DNA of 64,000 bases, taken from the NCBI GenBank assembly GCA_030681675.1, contig JAUXRP010000002.1:5178-69177 (forward strand), in the 5' to 3' direction. Shown here piece after piece: positions 61,329 through 64,000 of the stretch. Numbering within the stretch: position 1 is the stretch's first letter; each line of letters starts with the position of its first letter. The position numbers and the translations under genes were made by a program. The DNA is from Candidatus Planktophila sp. GTDB taxonomy: Bacteria; Actinomycetota; Actinomycetes; Nanopelagicales; Nanopelagicaceae. The notes under the pieces were generated by a model. The model searched no databases and had not been told where the DNA came from. It worked only from the letters and a program-made list of their open reading frames with translations.

Positions 61329-62146
61329 TCAAAGCGGCCGTCCTTGGCTCTCCGATTTCTCACTCTTTAAGTCCATTACTTCATACGATTGCATATACCG
61401 AATTAGGTCTCGAGAGTGAATACACTCGAATCGAGATTAAATCGGGCGAGCTGGGAAGTTTTCTGGAAAGTTGTGGACCAACGTGGTCAGGTTTCTCACT
61501 TACGATGCCGTTAAAAGAAGAAGTGTTGGATTTTGCTAGTAATGTTTCACCATTGGCTTCACGAATACTAAGTGCCAATACCTTAGTGCAAGACCCCTTT
61601 CAGGTATGGAGCGCTTCAACGACCGATGTTTCAGGCTTCACGCACGCCTTATCAGCACATGGAAGAGATGCCACCGGTGATGTTCTTGTTATCGGAGGTG
61701 GAGCAACGGCGCGTGCAGCGGTATCTGCATGCGATGGCGTTTCAACTCGAATAAGCGTTATGGTTCGATCGCTATCTAGAGTTAAAGAGATTTCTAACTG
61801 CGTTGAATTTTCGGGTTTAACGTTCGTAGAGTGGGGAGACTCAAACCTCTTTGAAAGTGCTGATTTAATTATCTCAACGGTTCCAGAAGGTGTCTCAGAT
61901 TCACTAATAAAAAACTTCCCATCAAAGCCGGCTGGTATCTTCTTCGACGTTCTCTACAATCCGTGGCCGACGATGGCGCTAAAAGCATGGAGCGGACTTG
62001 GAGCTCAGGTTGTGGATGGTTTAGATCTTTTAATCCATCAAGCAATCGATCAAGTAGCGATTTTTTCAGGTGTCTATGTCGAACGTACCAGCATGGCGCA
62101 GTTAATGCGACGGCATGCAGAAAAGGCACTTGGGCCATCCACATAG
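61325..62146 (+). CDS. aroE: Shikimate dehydrogenase
   Basis: GSPISHSLSP, TMPLK, ANT, GGGATA, DVLYNPWPT. Confidence 0.92.
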   Translation: MIKAAVLGSPISHSLSPLLHTIAYTELGLESEYTRIEIKSGELGSFLESCGPTWSGFSLTMPLKEEVLDFASNVSPLASRILSANTLVQDPFQVWSASTTDVSGFTHALSAHGRDATGDVLVIGGGATARAAVSACDGVSTRISVMVRSLSRVKEISNCVEFSGLTFVEWGDSNLFESADLIISTVPEGVSDSLIKNFPSKPAGIFFDVLYNPWPTMALKAWSGLGAQVVDGLDLLIHQAIDQVAIFSGVYVERTSMAQLMRRHAEKALGPST

Positions 62147-62166
62147 GCTTTTTTCAGTAACTCCTG

Positions 62167-62304
62167 ATGAAGCTGTTTTCGGCACAATTGCCCAAAAGTA
62201 TCCCTCTAGCCTTTGCAATATTTTCTGGCTCGGCCTTGTATTTGGCTGCAGACATGAGCACATCTCTGCGACAATACGCAGATGCGTTGGTTAACAGCTG
62301 GTGA
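62167..62304 (+). pseudogene. 45-codon hydrophobic ORF, probable C-terminal remnant of an A24 prepilin-peptidase-like gene
   Basis: [45 protein letters not shown], overlapping the aroC start. An in-frame TAA at 62158-62160 cuts it off from an upstream WAIHIGFFQ. Not in the ORF track (under 60 aa). Confidence 0.45.
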
Positions 62305-63463
62305 ATCTCATGGTCAGGCCCTCAGTGCAATTATTGAAGGGATACCCGCCTCGGTTGCCGTCACGACGGCTGACATTGATTATCACTTAACTCGTAGGCG
62401 TTTAGGCGTTGGGCGTGGAGCCCGCCAAAGTTTTGAGGCCGATAAAACCACGATTCTTGGTGGTATTCGATTGGGATTAACACAAGGCGGACCTATTTCG
62501 ATTCAGATTGATAACTCTGAGTGGCCAAAGTGGGAAAAAATTATGTCACCAGATCCCATCGCAACGCAGGAGATTGAGGATTTGGCGCGCAACGCACCTT
62601 TGACACGTCCGCGACCAGGACATGCAGATTTAGTAGGAATGCAAAAATATAATTTAAATGATGCGCGGCCAATTCTTGAACGTGCCAGTGCACGAGAAAC
62701 TGCATCTCGAGTAGCACTCGGTGCAGTGGCGCGCATGTTCCTCGAACAAAGTGTAGGTATTACGATTCTAAGTCACGTTCTATCGGTAGGCGCTGTCCGC
62801 GTACCTAACACAGCGCAGCTTCCTGAGGTTGATGATATGAAGCGAATTGATGAGGATCCAGTTCGATGCGCCGATCCAACCACTAGTGCGCTTATGGTCG
62901 CAGAAATTGAGAGCGCTCATTCGGATGGAGATACTCTGGGTGGAGTTATAGAGGTTTTAGCATTTAATATGCCGCCAGGGCTTGGTTCTCATGTTCATTG
63001 GGATCGTCGGTTAGATGCGCGTTTGGCAGGTGCGCTTATGGGAATTCAAGCCATTAAAGGCGTCGAACTTGGAGATGGGTTTGAGACCGCTTCGAGGCGG
63101 GGAAGTGTTGCTCACGATGAGATTGAAAAATCAAGTGGTGGAAGAATCATTCGTCGAAGTGATCGCGCCGGTGGCACCGAAGGCGGAATGTCGAATGGTG
63201 AAATCCTACGCGTGCGAGCGGCGATGAAGCCAATATCAACGGTGCCAAAAGCTTTAGACACTATCGATGTGGTTACGGGTTTACCTGCGAAAGCAATTAA
63301 TCAGCGTTCAGATGTCTGTGCAGTTCCAGCAGCAGGCGTAGTCGCCGAAGCCATGGTAGCTCTAGTCTTAGCCGAAGCAGTTCTTGAAAAATTTGGTGGA
63401 GACAGTCTCAGTGAGACAAAGCGAAACTTTGAAGGCTACATGCAGAACTTAAATTTTAAGTAG
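62282..63463 (+). CDS. aroC: Chorismate synthase
   Basis: [42 protein letters not shown]. Confidence 0.97.
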   Translation: MRWLTAGESHGQALSAIIEGIPASVAVTTADIDYHLTRRRLGVGRGARQSFEADKTTILGGIRLGLTQGGPISIQIDNSEWPKWEKIMSPDPIATQEIEDLARNAPLTRPRPGHADLVGMQKYNLNDARPILERASARETASRVALGAVARMFLEQSVGITILSHVLSVGAVRVPNTAQLPEVDDMKRIDEDPVRCADPTTSALMVAEIESAHSDGDTLGGVIEVLAFNMPPGLGSHVHWDRRLDARLAGALMGIQAIKGVELGDGFETASRRGSVAHDEIEKSSGGRIIRRSDRAGGTEGGMSNGEILRVRAAMKPISTVPKALDTIDVVTGLPAKAINQRSDVCAVPAAGVVAEAMVALVLAEAVLEKFGGDSLSETKRNFEGYMQNLNFK

Positions 63464-63466
63464 GTA

Positions 63467-63973
63467 GTGGACGTGCCATATGCAATTCTCATTGGACCTC
63501 CTGGGAGCGGAAAAAGTAGTGTAGGAAGAGCGCTGGCAAAGACACTTGGAGTGGGCTTTATTGACTCAGATAATGTGGTGGAAAAAAACTCCGGCAGAAG
63601 GATTTCGGATATTTTCGTAGTTGATGGTGAAGAGGTGTTTAGAGATTTAGAGTTTGAAGCGCTCACAGCCTCCTTAAAGGATAAGAACTCTGTCCTCTCT
63701 CTTGGAGGAGGAGCACCAATTTCTGAGCGTTCGCAGGCCGCACTCGCTGCGACAGAATGCCCAATAGTTTTTCTCGACGTCTCTTTATCGGTTGCAGCAC
63801 CACGTGTAGGTTTTAATCGTGATAGACCCTTACTTCTTGGAAATCCACGTGCCCAATGGCAAAACCTATACGATGTGCGGCGTCCAATTTACGAGAAATT
63901 AGCGACAATGGTAATTAAAGTCGATGCAATGAGTATTGAAGAGATCGTTCAAACTATTAAATCGGGGATTTGA
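63467..63973 (+). CDS. aroK: Shikimate kinase
   Basis: GPPGSGKS, DGEEVFR.LE, SLGGG, RPLL, RRPIY. Confidence 0.95.
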   Translation: MDVPYAILIGPPGSGKSSVGRALAKTLGVGFIDSDNVVEKNSGRRISDIFVVDGEEVFRDLEFEALTASLKDKNSVLSLGGGAPISERSQAALAATECPIVFLDVSLSVAAPRVGFNRDRPLLLGNPRAQWQNLYDVRRPIYEKLATMVIKVDAMSIEEIVQTIKSGI

Positions 63974-64000
63974 GTGAAATTAATAACGGTTAAGGCCGAG
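63974..64000 (+). CDS. aroB: Probable start of 3-dehydroquinate synthase (runs past the window end)
   Basis: GTG AAA TTA ATA ACG GTT AAG GCC GAG directly after the aroK stop. Assigned from aroC-aroK-aroB synteny only. Confidence 0.6.

Noticed and set aside
1-64000. CRISPR array, integrase, transposase/IS, prophage or rRNA genes
   Set aside because: No regularly spaced repeats, recombinase motifs, terminal inverted repeats or rRNA-like sequence were seen. Nearly all bases are explained by recognisable genes.

Overview
A densely packed actinobacterial chromosome segment. The gene order, short intergenic spacers and moderate GC (judged by eye, not computed) fit a streamlined freshwater acI / Ca. 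Nanopelagicales (Planktophila-like) genome; this placement is an inference. It is mostly core genes: the dlaT-lpdA-pepA/gcvT block, a cobalamin riboswitch controlling an ECF transporter, the complete cytochrome bcc-aa3 supercomplex locus (ctaCDF, ctaE-qcrCAB), trpD, three tRNAs (Val, Cys, Gly), pabB/pabC-like genes, thrS, the PIM operon (pgsA-patA-pimA), pdxST, ruvCAB, secDF, rel, hisS, aspS, alaS, ruvX, mltG and aroE/C/K/B. An accessory-looking stretch at about 27.5-33.05 kb holds a nitronate-monooxygenase-like flavoprotein, DinB, GNAT, tryptophanase, and two genes that split the Gly-Cys-Val tRNA cluster. I saw no CRISPR array, integrase, transposase or prophage. The leading second-look items are: a miniaturised EF-G2-like G-domain protein with a degenerate P-loop and its own promoter; apparent joint loss of the Mg/Mn-site ligands in both cytochrome oxidase core subunits; a secreted Cys-containing protein heading the B12 ECF operon; a possible attC half-site beside tRNA-Cys; an unlisted 45-codon remnant ORF between aroE and aroC; and widespread leaderless promoters. 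All family assignments come from motif recognition and recalled synteny, not from database searches.
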